From contig OZ286476.1 in NCBI GenBank assembly GCA_965644265.1, positions 6,882,001 through 6,946,000 of the forward strand: DNA of 64,000 bases, read 5' to 3'. The notes under the pieces were generated by a model that made no database searches, had not been told where the DNA came from, and saw only the letters and a program-made list of their open reading frames with translations. Source of the stretch: Glycera tridactyla. Its lineage: Eukaryota. Positions 50,201 through 60,190 of the stretch are shown one piece after another (positions within the stretch are counted from its first letter, which is position 1; every line of letters starts with the position of its first letter). Position numbers and translations under genes: made by a program.

Positions 50201-53200
50201 TCAGATTTTGAGAAAACCAGGAGTCTGGTATCTTATTCATTGTCTGAATTCATGAAAATCATGAAGTTATTGGGGGAAAATGTGAAGTTGATTCTGATCG
50301 ATATGAGCTAATACTTACCCTGGCCTTAAGTTTGGCGAGCTCAGCTTCTGAGACGGCGTTCTTGTACTGCGCTTCTTTCAACTTGATAAACATGACGTGA
50401 GAATCCATGTCCGGAGTAACCGAATCACTACTGCTGTCCTCCCGAAGGTCAAAAACCTCAATAGGAGGCGCTGGCTCATCCTCGTCATCGTCCTCGTCAT
50501 CCGGACTCATCATATCGGGAGTTTCGGGACTCATAGGAATATCGTCGGGTGAAGTCTCGGAATGTGGTGGTGGAATATCTGGAAGAGGCGGTGCTGGACT
50601 TGTCTGAAATAAAAAAAAGTTTTTTGTCATTGTTTTCTCTTTGCAAGTTGATGTCTGCATATACTTACTTGCATTTATAAATGAATATATAAATGTTTTA
50701 TGATTCGTTTCCATTTGAGAAACCTCCAACATTTTTTGGGTATGCCAATCATTTTCCAGGAATGCCCAACTTCCTTGGACCACCTGGGCATTTTGGCCCA
50801 CCTGCTCTCTCCAAAATATGACTCTGATGGGCACCACCATCCAAAATGGCACCAATCGCAATCGTACCAATCTTAAATAGCCGGCCCAGTGCGTGGTTGC
50901 ATGTATGTATTACAGACTCCCATCCATCGTGAGAAATCATCGACCAACCAAGCTGGTGACTTCCAGAGATGCTTTCACCATTTCATGATGAGACTGAGTT
51001 TCTGTTACAGTGAAACATGCGACAAGAGACCCCCGACAAAACCAATGCCGACGAGAGACGTCCTCCTCACGTCTTTCTCAAGGCAGCTTTCGTATTCAAC
51101 ATTATCAAATATACCTTGGATGCAAGACCACCTCTTATGAGAAACCAGTTTTTTTTACATTTCCAGCGGTCCCTTGTCGCATTTTCAGTGTATAGATGCT
51201 CAAAGTCACTATAGCCAAGGTAGGCCTCATTTTTACTGAGATATGGATACGTCCTTCGAGCAAATTTTGCTATGTTTTTGAGGGCTGTCACTCAAAATAT
51301 ATAAATCCTGTCAAACTCATAGATGATTAAAAACTGGTCGAAACATCGCTTGAAGGGACACAGAGAAGGAAATGGTGAATTAGGACAGGTCATCAATGAA
51401 AACCAGGTTACCTGCCCTCTGCCATTTTCAGACCAATGAGACCACCTGCCCTAACAATAATCTGCCTGCCTGTGCCAGTAGGGTAACCATTAGCATGGAA
51501 CCCTGCCATAAACAAATAGGGCTGGGACGAAACACATAAGTCATGAAATGAAACAGTTCTAGAAATACACCTTGTGAAATGAATGACAAAACGAAATGCC
51601 ATTCAACCCTTCTTCAGGAGTTTGGCATGGTCCTCCTTGTTGCACGTGACATGAGCAAGCCACCCTTATTTGGTGGCCTTGAAATATGGCCTACTACTAT
51701 CAAATATATAGGCGCCTTCAGTGAAAAGTTGATTTAATCGCCATCATTTGAGCCCTCCACCACGTTTTCTTTTAAACAGGGTGTATTTACTGTGTTTATT
51801 GGTACTTGTGCGTACTCATCAGCCATGTTTCTTGAATTTCGAAACACTCCTCCCAGTTTTGAAACAATCGTTTCTTTGTGAAACGATTGATATTATCGAA
51901 ATTTCGGTGAATCGTCCCACCCTTATACACAAAGATGACCTACGAACCCCCAAAAATTCGGCATACAATGCCCAATTTTTTCACTTAGAGAGCTAAGTGT
52001 AACTATGCTTAAAAAAAACGGGATAATAAAAGCCGGGGACTTACAGGTAACGGAGGTGACGCCGGAGACTTGTCTTCCTCGCTGAGCTCACGCTCAAGTT
52101 CGTGACGTTGTTGTAGCATCTGCTGCTGTCGCTGCTCAATCTCCTCCTGCTCTACACGACGCTCATTCATCTGACGCTGACGTAACTGCCAACACCAAGA
52201 TATACCAATCAATCAATCAATCAAACATTCCATCAATATTGAAGCTGCTGCAGCTGCCAACAGTGAGATAAATCAATCAATGAATCAATTAATTGGTTCA
52301 TCAAAACTGATAACACTGTGGATGCCAACACCAAGATGAAGGGATCAATCAATCAATCCATCAATCCATCCATCCTTTCTTCTTGCTGATACAATTGGTA
52401 TGATTTTAAATCTGTGAGCAAACCTTTGCGGGTTTATCCTTGCTGTCACAAACATATGGTCGAGATGTACATAGTGACATCTTTAATACACTGTATAATC
52501 TGGATCTGTGGATGATAATCGAGATGATAAACCAACACAGCATTGTTATTGCAAGATAAATTTTGATGCAGGGATTTTGCGATAAGATGGCTGGGCATGA
52601 TTTTGATTCAAACAATGTTCTAATCACCATTAAAATCACACTCAAGGAGTTTAGATTCAAATGACATTTTAGATAAATTCCAACGATGAACTTGATCCCA
52701 TGGAACGAAATGCATTTTAACAACCTTCCATTGATAAATGCACAAGATTATTCTATTCATTCATTCGACCTGAGAACATGTACAGTTACCATTCTGCCTA
52801 TATGACTATACCGTTTGTATAAATCTTGTGCTCCGGCTGCTCTGCCATCATTATTGCTAAATTTGCCACTGTTTTTGTCCATGTATTTTGAATACTGCCA
52901 TCATCGTAAAAGTCTTACTCAATGAAAGAAGATAAGGTCTTCTACCTCCCCTCAGCAAGCAGATAAACATGTGAAAAACCCCCCAAAAAACCCAGAATAC
53001 ATACGTCAGCGCGACGCTGATCCTGCTCGATGGACTGCTGAATGAGTCGGGCGACCTCGCTGTTCTGAGGGTTCTTCTCTCGACCAATCACAAAGTTAAC
53101 GGTTCCACTCGTGTTCCTGAGAACGGAGGCAGCGTACGCCTGCGTCACGCCAACCAAACTCTTCCCGTCAACTTCAATGATCTGATCATTCACCTGGATC

Positions 53201-53677
53201 CTGTCAAATGATAAATAAAAAAGTGATAAATAATCAAAATATGTCACGGCCAAAGAACAATATGGAATAAGAAGCTGTCACAGACAGTATATCCCTACCA
53301 CGGGTGCTAATTTGCCTGTGAAATCCAACAAAGGGCAATAACTTCTTCGAAAATTATTCAATCGCGAAACTCTGATAATATGCGCAACGCACTTGATGAT
53401 AACCATTCTGTGGAAGTTTGGTGAAGATTGCATGTGATATGAATGAGTTGCGCAGCCAAGAAAGTGTGAGCGACGGACAGACGGACGCCTACCATTTCTT
53501 TATCCCATACGCGTTTCAGCAGGGAATAATAATATAAACACAGGAGACAAGGCTCCACTTCAAATTTTTTCTTCAGCTATTCTTTGGCAAATTATCATGA
53601 CTGAATAATTTCTGGAGAACTGAGAGTGGAAAAATATATCAAAGAACATGGAATTTCTGTACAACCCAAGCATCCTC

Positions 53678-53709
<32 letters not shown>

Positions 53710-56186
53710 CCTACCTGCCATCACGCTGTGCTGCACCACCATCTGTTAATGTTTTGATGAAGATTCCCAGTTTCTCCAGCCCGGCGTCCGCTCCTACCCC
53801 CATCCCGATGATACTCAACCCCAGCCCTTCACTGCCTGCAACACATAAACGAATACACATCAACTCTACGCTGCAGGCATTCTCAATGAGCTATCTAGGG
53901 CTGGGACGAAACATTTGGTCACGATACAAAACATTTCTAGAAACACACCTCGCGAAATGAATGACGAAACGAAATGCCATGCATCCCTCTTTCAGGAGTC
54001 TGGTGTGGTCCTCCTGGTTGCGAGTGACATGAGCAAGCCACCCATATTTTGATGGCCTTGCAATATTGCCAATTACTATCAAATATAAAGACATTTTTAG
54101 TAAAAAGTTCATCAAATCTCCATCATTCGGGCTCTACGCAATGGTTTTTTTAAACAAGGTGTATTTTCTGTATTCATTGGCATTTGTGAGTACTCATCAG
54201 CCATGTTTCTTTGTATTTCGAAACACTTCGAAACACACCTTCTAGTTTTGAAACGATTGTTTCTTTTGCAAACGATCGATATTATCGAAATTTCGGTGAA
54301 TCGTCCCACCCCTAGAGATATCTATCGACCATGAAACCTCAACAACTGCTGATGGCTATTATAACTCTCCACACACTCACGGTTCCCTCTATAGATTAGC
54401 GTTTCAGCTATAGCTAGTGATGTCAAATGCTAAAAAAAAATTCATTTGCTAAAATGTTTCGCGAAAGTAGTTTCTATTTCTGATGGCACAAAAGTGGTGG
54501 TGATGCTTCATTGTAGAGGTACATTTCCCTAATTTCATTTGTTTTGGTGGATAATATGATAGAAATTTTCAATTTGGTGAACTGATCCAAGAAAACTTTC
54601 TGGAATGCTAAAATTATTTCCATTTTGCTAAAATCATTTGCTGAAGGCTTTTCATCCTAGAGGGAACCCAGACACTCTGTGCTCTATCGCCACTGATTCT
54701 GGTCTGATTTTCATGATCTAAAATCCAAATCGGGCCATTTCAATCTTTCTTTAACTCAGCTCAGAATCAAAATTCATCAATGCCAAAATAGGATTATTGT
54801 ATGTACGCATGGTCTTCATCCAACAGGTGAGTGTCAATGGAGATTACGATATTTCTCATTATTTGCAATGTACCTTTAACAAGTTCGACGGGGAAGAGGT
54901 CCATGCGTTCGACCCGTTTCTCCAGCTCGTATTCTGCCGATGCAGCCATCGGGTCAACATCCTCATTCTTGCGATCGTACTCCTCTACGGAGTAGGTGGA
55001 AAAAACCTGGAGAACAATTAATGAATATTTGACGAATATATTCCAAAAAACAGTGTATGGACAAGAATCAGCGCCATAAATAAACTGGATCTGACTACAG
55101 GGTGAGTGCCAAGTCCGCAGCTGACCCTTTGGCGGCATGCTATTGGTTGTCCGAGAATGAATCAGTTTGAGCCTTCACCAATTACACCATCCAGTTCCGA
55201 GGCGGTGAATATTTTAGGTGTTATCACAGGCTCATACATCCAGTCTATTGCTGAAGTCAAAGACTTTAAGAGGACTTTTCAAGGCCCAATGTATCATTTT
55301 CCAGAAGGTATCGATGACAAATGAAAGAGTAAATTTGACGCAGTGGCATAGCTAAGAACGACCACTGCATCAATCAATCAACAATCAGCTCTATCTCCAC
55401 TAATCCCAATATGATTTTGATGATCTAGAAACCCAAATACACAGAATGGGAACACATGCACGCCGTTTTTCCCTCATGTGCATACTTAGCCTTTCAAATT
55501 ACTGAAATACACAGATCTGGGGACCAATCAAATCCCTGCAGTAGAAGAGGCTTTACTGTGGAGACTTGATATTCTGAAGTTGTATATTGTTCTCCTCGGT
55601 GGAACTAAAGATGACCTACCTTGATGGCTGAGTGGCTGAATTTGAAGCGGCTGGGATTTTTTGGCGGTATTGACCTACCTTGATGGATGAGTAGCTGAAT
55701 CTGACGCGGCTGTTTTTTTTTTGCAGTATTGACCTACCTTGATGGATGAGCGGCTGAATTTGACACGATGTGAGTTTTTTGGCGGTATTGACCTACCTTG
55801 ATGGATGAGCGGCTGAATTTGACGAGGCTGGTTTTTTTTGGCGGTATTGACCTACCTTGATGGATGAGCGGCTGAATTTGATGTGGCTGGTTTTTTTTTT
55901 TGTGGTATTGACCTACGTTGATGGATGAGCGGCTGAATTTGACGCGGCTGAATTTGACGAGGCTGGTTTTTTTAATGGTCTTGACCTACCTTGATATATG
56001 AGCGGCTGAATTTGACGCGGCTGGTTTTTCGGTGCTGTTGACCTACCTTGATAGATGAGCGGCTGAATTTGACGCGGCTAGGTTTTTTGGCGGTGGTGTA
56101 AATGTGATCATCTGGATCGGTTTCTGGTAATCCTTCCACTTCGTAGAAATAACTACCATCCTCAGCGACCCCGAAACTGTCCTCCA
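23118..56186 (-). CDS. PPP1R9A: Neurabin/spinophilin (PP1 regulatory subunit 9) orthologue, 5'-partial; 18 coding exons joined, about 998 aa: RVxF/PP1 site, PDZ, coiled coil, SAM
   Basis: The spliced translation contains hallmark neurabin sequence: [72 protein letters not shown]...[51 protein letters not shown], and [13 protein letters not shown]. All 17 introns are GT-AG with matching phases. The SAM domain makes it neurabin-1-like; an invertebrate gene would be co-orthologous to PPP1R9A and PPP1R9B. Confidence 0.95.
23312..23392. repeat. Tandem ~29-bp unit x3 just upstream (in gene sense) of the last acceptor
   Basis: gatctataaata(g/a)ctattttt occurs three times. Confidence 0.85.
24260..24451 (-). 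CDS. PPP1R9A: Neurabin exon, SAM domain ([49 protein letters not shown])
   Basis: attctag|CCG ... AAG|gtcagc, 192 nt, phase 0-0; SAM signature W-S-x-x-x-V-x-x-W-L...Y...F...VDG..LL.L. Confidence 0.95.
24487..25011. mobile_element. hAT-like MITE
   Basis: TIR catggttcatacag/ctgtgcgaaccatg (12/14); subterminal ttcaagcacttttcaaggac repeats; flanks atagcc/acagcc. Confidence 0.7.
25477..25592 (-). CDS. PPP1R9A: Neurabin exon ([39 protein letters not shown])
   Basis: tttcgcag|CT ... GAG|gtaaac, 116 nt, phase 1-0. Confidence 0.82.
26820..27200. repeat. Degenerate tandem array, ~38-41-bp unit x~10
   Basis: Recurrent actcaaggtgacctttgtt...atactag. Confidence 0.88.
27960..28729. mobile_element. MITE with perfect 26-bp terminal inverted repeats (TA-ended, Tc1/mariner-pogo-like)
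   Basis: taccgtaaatgacgtaataatcgccc at 27960 and its exact reverse complement ending at 28729; subterminal taat(a)a(t/g)cgccc repeats. Confidence 0.88.
29875..30063. mobile_element. Small hAT-like MITE
   Basis: TIR cagggctcta/tagagccccg (9/10) with agatg on both flanks. Confidence 0.65.
30097..30271. mobile_element. Tc1/mariner MITE, TA|CAGT family
   Basis: cagtgaaacc...ggtttcactgta with the gtcaaatatacctc/gagaccacc core. Confidence 0.8.
30547..30720 (-). CDS. PPP1R9A: Neurabin exon, glycine-rich ([32 protein letters not shown]...[19 protein letters not shown])
   Basis: ttttttctgcag|CA ... ACAG|gtgggt, 174 nt, phase 1-1. Confidence 0.82.
34255..34418 (-). CDS. PPP1R9A: Neurabin exon ([21 protein letters not shown]...[16 protein letters not shown])
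   Basis: attgcag|G ... TCAT|gtaagt, 164 nt, phase 2-1. Confidence 0.85.
35895..36157. repeat. Polypurine (G/GGA-rich) low-complexity tract; polypyrimidine on the gene-sense strand
   Basis: Poly-G, (GGA)n and GAGGG runs over about 260 nt. Confidence 0.92.
39067..39378 (-). CDS. PPP1R9A: Neurabin exon, basic plus polyproline/acidic linker ([35 protein letters not shown]...NGYDF)
   Basis: attacag|T ... TTCAG|gtaagt, 312 nt, phase 2-2. Confidence 0.85.
40685..40799. repeat. Minisatellite, 23-bp unit x5
   Basis: ggacaaatgtccccactcaggca with period 23. Confidence 0.96.
41603..42011 (+). mobile_element. Non-autonomous hAT-type MITE (~410 bp), copy 1
   Basis: Termini tagggctgggatga...tcgtcccacccta and a perfect 8-bp TSD gccaccag. 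Confidence 0.9.
42884..43300. repeat. Tandem repeat, 131-bp unit x3 plus a partial copy
   Basis: Unit starts at 42884, 43015, 43146 and 43277; copies are highly similar. Confidence 0.95.
44103..44152 (-). CDS. PPP1R9A: Small neurabin exon ([16 protein letters not shown])
   Basis: ttttcag|TGT ... GACAG|gtatgt, 50 nt, phase 0-2; required to bridge the phases of the flanking exons. Confidence 0.82.
44449..44684 (-). CDS. PPP1R9A: Neurabin exon (DAETDANG...[32 protein letters not shown])
   Basis: aattcag|AT ... AAC|gtaagt, 236 nt, phase 1-0; LLDTSAxKxxAQL...RRPP resembles the neurabin post-coil motif. Confidence 0.9.
44985..45164. mobile_element. Tc1/mariner MITE, TA|CAGT family
   Basis: tacagtgaaacctgtga...cacgggtttcactgta. 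Confidence 0.85.
45296..45460. other. Assembly gap (N run) in a neurabin intron
   Basis: Run of N. Confidence 1.
45466..47056 (+). mobile_element. HINE-like element with a nested MITE
   Basis: Begins aactaga; 5' tatgtctcccc pairs with 3' ggggagacata; (gacagacg)n microsatellite at 46938-47012; terminal hairpin tatgtctccccc-atca-ggggggagacata. Confidence 0.7.
46332..46511. mobile_element. Tc1/mariner MITE nested in a HINE-like element
   Basis: tacagtcgaacctc...gaggtttgactgta. Confidence 0.85.
47054..47150. repeat. (TGAA/TGAG)n microsatellite immediately inside the intron after donor 47156
   Basis: Direct reading of the sequence. Confidence 0.93.
47157..47367 (-). CDS. PPP1R9A: Neurabin exon ([19 protein letters not shown]...SSPELSP)
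   Basis: tttcag|ATC ... CCAG|gtgagt, 211 nt, phase 0-1. Confidence 0.9.
47703..47799 (-). CDS. PPP1R9A: Neurabin exon, coiled coil ([32 protein letters not shown]); absent from the ORF track
   Basis: tttacag|A ... AGG|gtgagt, 97 nt, phase 2-0. Confidence 0.92.
48277..48398 (-). CDS. PPP1R9A: Neurabin exon, coiled coil ([41 protein letters not shown]); absent from the ORF track
   Basis: ttacag|GAA ... TCTAG|gtaagt, 122 nt, phase 0-2; matches the neurabin ALERKYSKAKRLIKDYQ motif. Confidence 0.95.
48805..49302. mobile_element. hAT-like MITE with a 6-bp target duplication and an internal ~96-bp duplication
   Basis: TIR cagggctgccaa/ttggcagccctg with ccaggc on both flanks; atagttccgat...ccaccacgtgtggcgctgtaaa is duplicated. 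Confidence 0.8.
49567..49695 (-). CDS. PPP1R9A: Neurabin exon, coiled coil ([43 protein letters not shown])
   Basis: ttgcag|ATG ... CAG|gtggga, 129 nt, phase 0-0. Confidence 0.9.
50319..50603 (-). CDS. PPP1R9A: Neurabin exon, acidic/proline-rich linker and coiled-coil start (TSPAPPLPD...[22 protein letters not shown])
   Basis: tttcag|ACA ... AGG|gtaagt, 285 nt, phase 0-0. Confidence 0.92.
51006..51192. mobile_element. Tc1/mariner MITE, TA|CAGT family
   Basis: tacagtgaaacatgcgacaag...cttgtcgcattttcagtgta. Confidence 0.8.
51517..51925 (+). mobile_element. hAT-type MITE (~410 bp), copy 2
   Basis: Colinear similarity to 41603-42011; flanks taaacaaa/tacacaaa (7/8). Confidence 0.88.
52045..52185 (-). 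CDS. PPP1R9A: Neurabin exon ([22 protein letters not shown]...SPPLP)
   Basis: ttggcag|TTA ... CCT|gtaagt, 141 nt, phase 0-0. Confidence 0.88.
53005..53200 (-). CDS. PPP1R9A: Neurabin exon, PDZ C-terminal half ([41 protein letters not shown]...QRRAD)
   Basis: ttgacag|G ... GAC|gtatgt, 196 nt, phase 2-0. Confidence 0.97.
53265..53532 (+). mobile_element. Short HINE-like element in the PDZ intron
   Basis: gacggacagacggacg microsatellite and a 3' tatccc...gggaata hairpin. Confidence 0.5.
53715..53835 (-). CDS. PPP1R9A: Neurabin exon, PDZ N-terminal half ([41 protein letters not shown]); absent from the ORF track
   Basis: ttgcag|GC ... GGCAG|gtaggt, 121 nt, phase 1-2; GLGL carboxylate-binding loop. 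Confidence 0.97.
53896..54314 (+). mobile_element. hAT-type MITE (~420 bp), copy 3
   Basis: Colinear similarity to the other two copies; flanks gagctatc/gagatatc (7/8). Confidence 0.88.
54874..55006 (-). CDS. PPP1R9A: Neurabin exon, PP1-binding region ([44 protein letters not shown])
   Basis: Closely resembles the conserved neurabin segment; ctccag|GTT ... AAAG|gtacat, 133 nt, phase 0-1. Confidence 0.97.
55612..56094 (-). repeat. Tandem array of 8 x ~59 bp containing the RVxF-coding exon end and its 5' splice site
   Basis: The core gacctac(c/g)ttgat...gctgaat(t/c)tga recurs at about 55613, 55672, 55731, 55790, 55849, 55910, 55983 and 56040. Confidence 0.97.
56047..56186 (-). CDS. PPP1R9A: Neurabin exon with PP1-binding RVxF motif ([22 protein letters not shown]...[14 protein letters not shown])
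   Basis: Acceptor ttgtag|TG, donor AAG|gtaggt, 140 nt, phase 1-0. Confidence 0.93.
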
Positions 56187-56919
56187 CTACAAGTACAACA
56201 AAATGGTTACCATAGAAACATGAGACATGTGACCCCTGCCCAGACAATGACATCCCAGAATGTCACAAGCACCTCCTGAATTTTGCCACCTGAATTCCTC
56301 ATGAAGAAAATAAATTTGGTTGATCATCTGGAAAAATCTGGAATTAAATTCTTTCAATTTGAAGAATCTTAAATAAGCATGCTTTTCCTGGGATGCAAGT
56401 GGGCAAATGCGAAATATCACAAGTATGTGATGGCGAAAATCTATCCAATATATCATATTAAGATGTTTAGATCCAAACAGCTGGTATGTAATCCAGTCTA
56501 CCAGATATCAATTTAGAAACGCAATTTTCAAATTCAGAAAAAAAATGTATAATGAGCAAAGATGCTCTGCAACTTTGAGTATGGTGCGACACTCATTTTT
56601 GTTTCAAGTTGAAAATCATTTATTAAGAATTGTCACAGATATACATCAGTACAATTCTATGGATATTCAATATGACCATGAAGGTAGAGTCATGGTGTGT
56701 ATAAAGTTATTCATTATTAGGTTCTACATGTAAATGTGCTCACATATGACTATAGTGTTAAATGGGAGTTAAATGTACGATATAAAGCTAATATTTACAA
56801 TATATACATATAATAATAATAATAATAAAAATAATAATAATAATAATCTGATAAAAGCTACTCAACTAACATGCCGACTTGCAGGTTTACAATAAGAAAT
56901 TAGTGATGTGGTTATAAAA

Positions 56920-57270
56920 TACAGTACAACCTCGTTTGTGAGACCCTTTTTTGTGAGACTGCTCTTCATCGGTTCTTTCCTATTTGATGTAGTCAAAGAT
57001 ACCTCCAATGAGAGATCACCCATCTTGAGAGACCACTTGTTGATGGCATTTGGGGCAGTCTCACAAAAGAGGTTTTACCGTACTGCCAAATTTCAAACAG
57101 CCTTCGACAAGAGACCCCTGATGAGAGACCACCTCTGACGAGAAACCACTTTTTCAGGGCCGCTTCTCCATTTGATATAGTCAAAAATACATGCGACAAG
57201 AGACCACCCCTTTTGAGAGATCACTTCCTGGTGACATTTAGGGTGGTCTCTCTTTGCCGGTTTCACTGCA
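56920..57270. mobile_element. Two adjacent Tc1/mariner MITEs (56920-57082 and about 57081-57270)
   Basis: tacagtacaacctc...gaggttttaccgta followed by a second gagaccacc-rich copy ending ggtttcactgca. Confidence 0.75.
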
Positions 57271-58226
57271 CCAAGAATGCCAACCATTGATGAGTGGAAT
57301 AAGTGATGGTCCCTGACACAGCCCACGCTCAACCGGGATAGGGGCCGGCACATTCTCCCGCCTATATATCGGGAGTTACTAACAACGTCATGTGAGAAGT
57401 CCCTGATGACGAAATCACGTGACAACGCTACAACAACGCACTTGCCATCAGCTGAGGAAAGGGGCTGGACAGTTTCCCCTGAAAGCTCCTGAACAACTTT
57501 CAACTATACTGTGAGTATCGTGAAATTTTCTTCATCATTTCGTGACGGTACCAGTTTCTGAGTGTAATGATGGCAGTATTCACAATGATCAAATACGAGG
57601 ATCCCAAATTTCTTTGGAGTATTGTCACATATTAATTGCCAATATTTTGGCACAATAATAGTGATCATTACTCCAAATTTGTAATGGTTGGAATCTCTAA
57701 AAATTATATCATTGTTTATGATATGTTTCAGTGTTGAGTAATGGCTAACGGTGGATATCTCCGACATGATTATGATTTTTTAACGGATTGCACGAAGTGA
57801 GGGCAGGTGAATGAAAAGGGCCAATATTACACACAGAATAGGTGGCAAATTCACGACCTAGCGATGTTAGATTCATTCGATTTCCAGGGAAATTTTAGTT
57901 TTTAAGCAAATTCAGTTTTTGAATCTGCACCCCAAAAAAATCTGACATATCGGACGTAATCCTGAAAACCGAAGTAATCCCTAATCAAATAGTAATACTT
58001 AAAACACACACAGCACAAGAATGAAGAATTACACATAAAACAGTACCATCACCTTGGCTACGGTTTCATTACATCAAGAGCCCCCACCATACAATACCAA
58101 GACTTGCTGGACAGAACCCAACAGGAAGGGTGGTCAATGCTGGGGTGGAGGGATGACGTCCGAGCAGATTTCCTGCCAGAAATCTATTTTTGTGTCACAT
58201 TTTTCATAAATTGTGAATAGGGTTTT

Positions 58227-58377
58227 NNNNNNNNNNNNNNNNNNNNNNNNNNNNNNNNNNNNNNNNNNNNNNNNNNNNNNNNNNNNNNNNNNNNNNNNNN
58301 NNNNNNNNNNNNNNNNNNNNNNNNNNNNNNNNNNNNNNNNNNNNNNNNNNNNNNNNNNNNNNNNNNNNNNNNNNNNN
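58227..58377. other. Assembly gap (N run) in a neurabin intron
   Basis: Run of N. Confidence 1.
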
Positions 58378-58733
58378 GTATTCCTTTTTTGTGGGATGAC
58401 TCCATGACGCAGCAGTTAGGAGTGCTGGCAGTACATTGCTAGTGGTGGGTGCCTTACTCAAGAGGATGTGGGTTCAACCCTCAAAATGAAGGTCAGGTAT
58501 TTCACAGATTTCATGGACTCATTGCCTGTGCATCACTTGACTGACATGAAATCAATTATGGATTAATTTTGATAAATGTCTGAAACCAGATGAAGCCAGC
58601 CTTGGACACTACAATCATTACACAAACTATCAAAACACATTCATTTCCCGATTTCTGCAGGAGAATTAACAAGAGTGGCATCTAACTATGAGGTCCAACC
58701 TGTGGGAAGATACTTCAGTATCAGTAAATACCT

Positions 58734-59131
58734 CAGAGTTGCATCCAGGACTTCCTGAATTTGGAACATTTGCCCATTTGAATTTGGGAAAAGGGGGCAT
58801 TTTTTCATAAAGTTTCCAATTGTTCACCCAATACAGTGAAACCTGTCTTGGGAGACCCCTCTTTTGGGAGACCACCCTCTAATGGGAGACCGCTCTTTGT
58901 CGGCTATTCTCTATTTGACATAGTCAAATATACCTCCAATGAGAGACCACCTCTCTTGAGAGACCACTTTTCGTTGGCGTTTGGGGCGGTCTCCCAAGAC
59001 AGGTTTTACTGTATAGGGAAATGCAACTATCTGGCTGATTTAGGGGGTCCCTGTGACACCTGAATGCCTAAAAAAGGGGGCCAATAATATGTGACATGCC
59101 CAACACCCCCACCCCTCTGGATGCAACCCTG
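58734..59131. mobile_element. hAT-like MITE containing a nested Tc1/mariner MITE
   Basis: TIR cagagttgcatccag/ctggatgcaaccctg (14/15); related ends at about 19278 and 21225; no clear TSD. Confidence 0.6.
58832..59013. mobile_element. Tc1/mariner MITE, closely related to 12460-12621
   Basis: tacagtgaaacctgtcttgggagac...gtctcccaagacaggttttactgta. Confidence 0.88.
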
Positions 59132-60001
59132 TTGCCGTGGAAACAAAATATGTAATGGATGAATAGAAATACAGAGATGAAGATGAATGTGAACAATACA
59201 GTGAGAATTGTATCAAATTAGGATGATAAGCCTTGAATATCCTTATCTGGCAAACTTCCCATGGTTTGGGGATAGAACAATGAGGTTTTTAAGTGAAGAT
59301 AGAACAAATGAAATGGGATGTTTATGTTGAACGTTTGGTTGAATATGTAGGGTTAGTGAAGTGCTAGAAATGAAAGATGAGTAAGTAGTGGCTACGTCTA
59401 ATGTGAGTGAATGCTCATGTCGGGTTTGGGGCATGTTGGGTTCAGGGCGAGGAAACAAGGGGCATGGATGATTGAGGAGGGTGGAGACCGATATTTTAGC
59501 AGAAATACAAGGCTCTGTTGGCACTGTGGCAAATTTGGCTAAAGCAGTGATTACATTTTCGGCCAAATGATTCATGCCTCAGCCAAAATTATTGTGAGAT
59601 GACCAAATTGTTGTAATGAGTTTCAGACATGAGAAATCTGTTTTGTAAACCTCCTGATATCATAAATCATGGATTTCTCACAACTGCATGAGCTCTATAC
59701 GGGAATATAGTCCCTGTTTTCATTGGCTTCAATCTAATTCCATTTAGTAAGTTTGGCCAAAGATTTGTCAATTTCTTTAGCCAGATGAGAAAAGTATTAG
59801 CCCATGGCTAACTGGCTAATGGCTAGCGCCAACTAGGGTCCAGTAGCTACAATATGCAGGGTGGGGGGGGGGGGGGGAAGTATCAAACAGAATCATAGTC
59901 AATGACTCCGTGGAACAAACCAACAAACCAGTCATCCTTCACCAATACAGCAATCCTAACCCTATAATGACCAAAATGAATGGTGATGCTAATTTTCGTA
60001 A

Positions 60002-60190
60002 GATTGATTGATTGATGTTTAACGGCATTTATCAACCCGGAGGATTATGTATGCCATGTGTTCCTGGACAATGGAAGCTAGATGTTCTGTGCCCTGCAGG
60101 CATCACTTACACAAACCCTGAACACAAAATGATGGGAAACCTTGAAGGTTGACAAATGGGAGTAGCTGACATTTCATACACACCTCTACC
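60002..60190 (-). mobile_element. SINE-like repeat copy (the only clear intragenic one)
   Basis: Match to 2776-2990. Confidence 0.75.

Noticed and set aside
23118-56186. Minor-spliceosome (U12) or non-canonical introns in neurabin
   Set aside because: All 17 reconstructed introns are GT-AG and none has a GTATCCTT or ATATCCTT donor.
58410-58485. tRNA-like A/B-box arrangement (gggttcaaccc)
   Set aside because: No cloverleaf can be folded; at most a degenerate SINE head.
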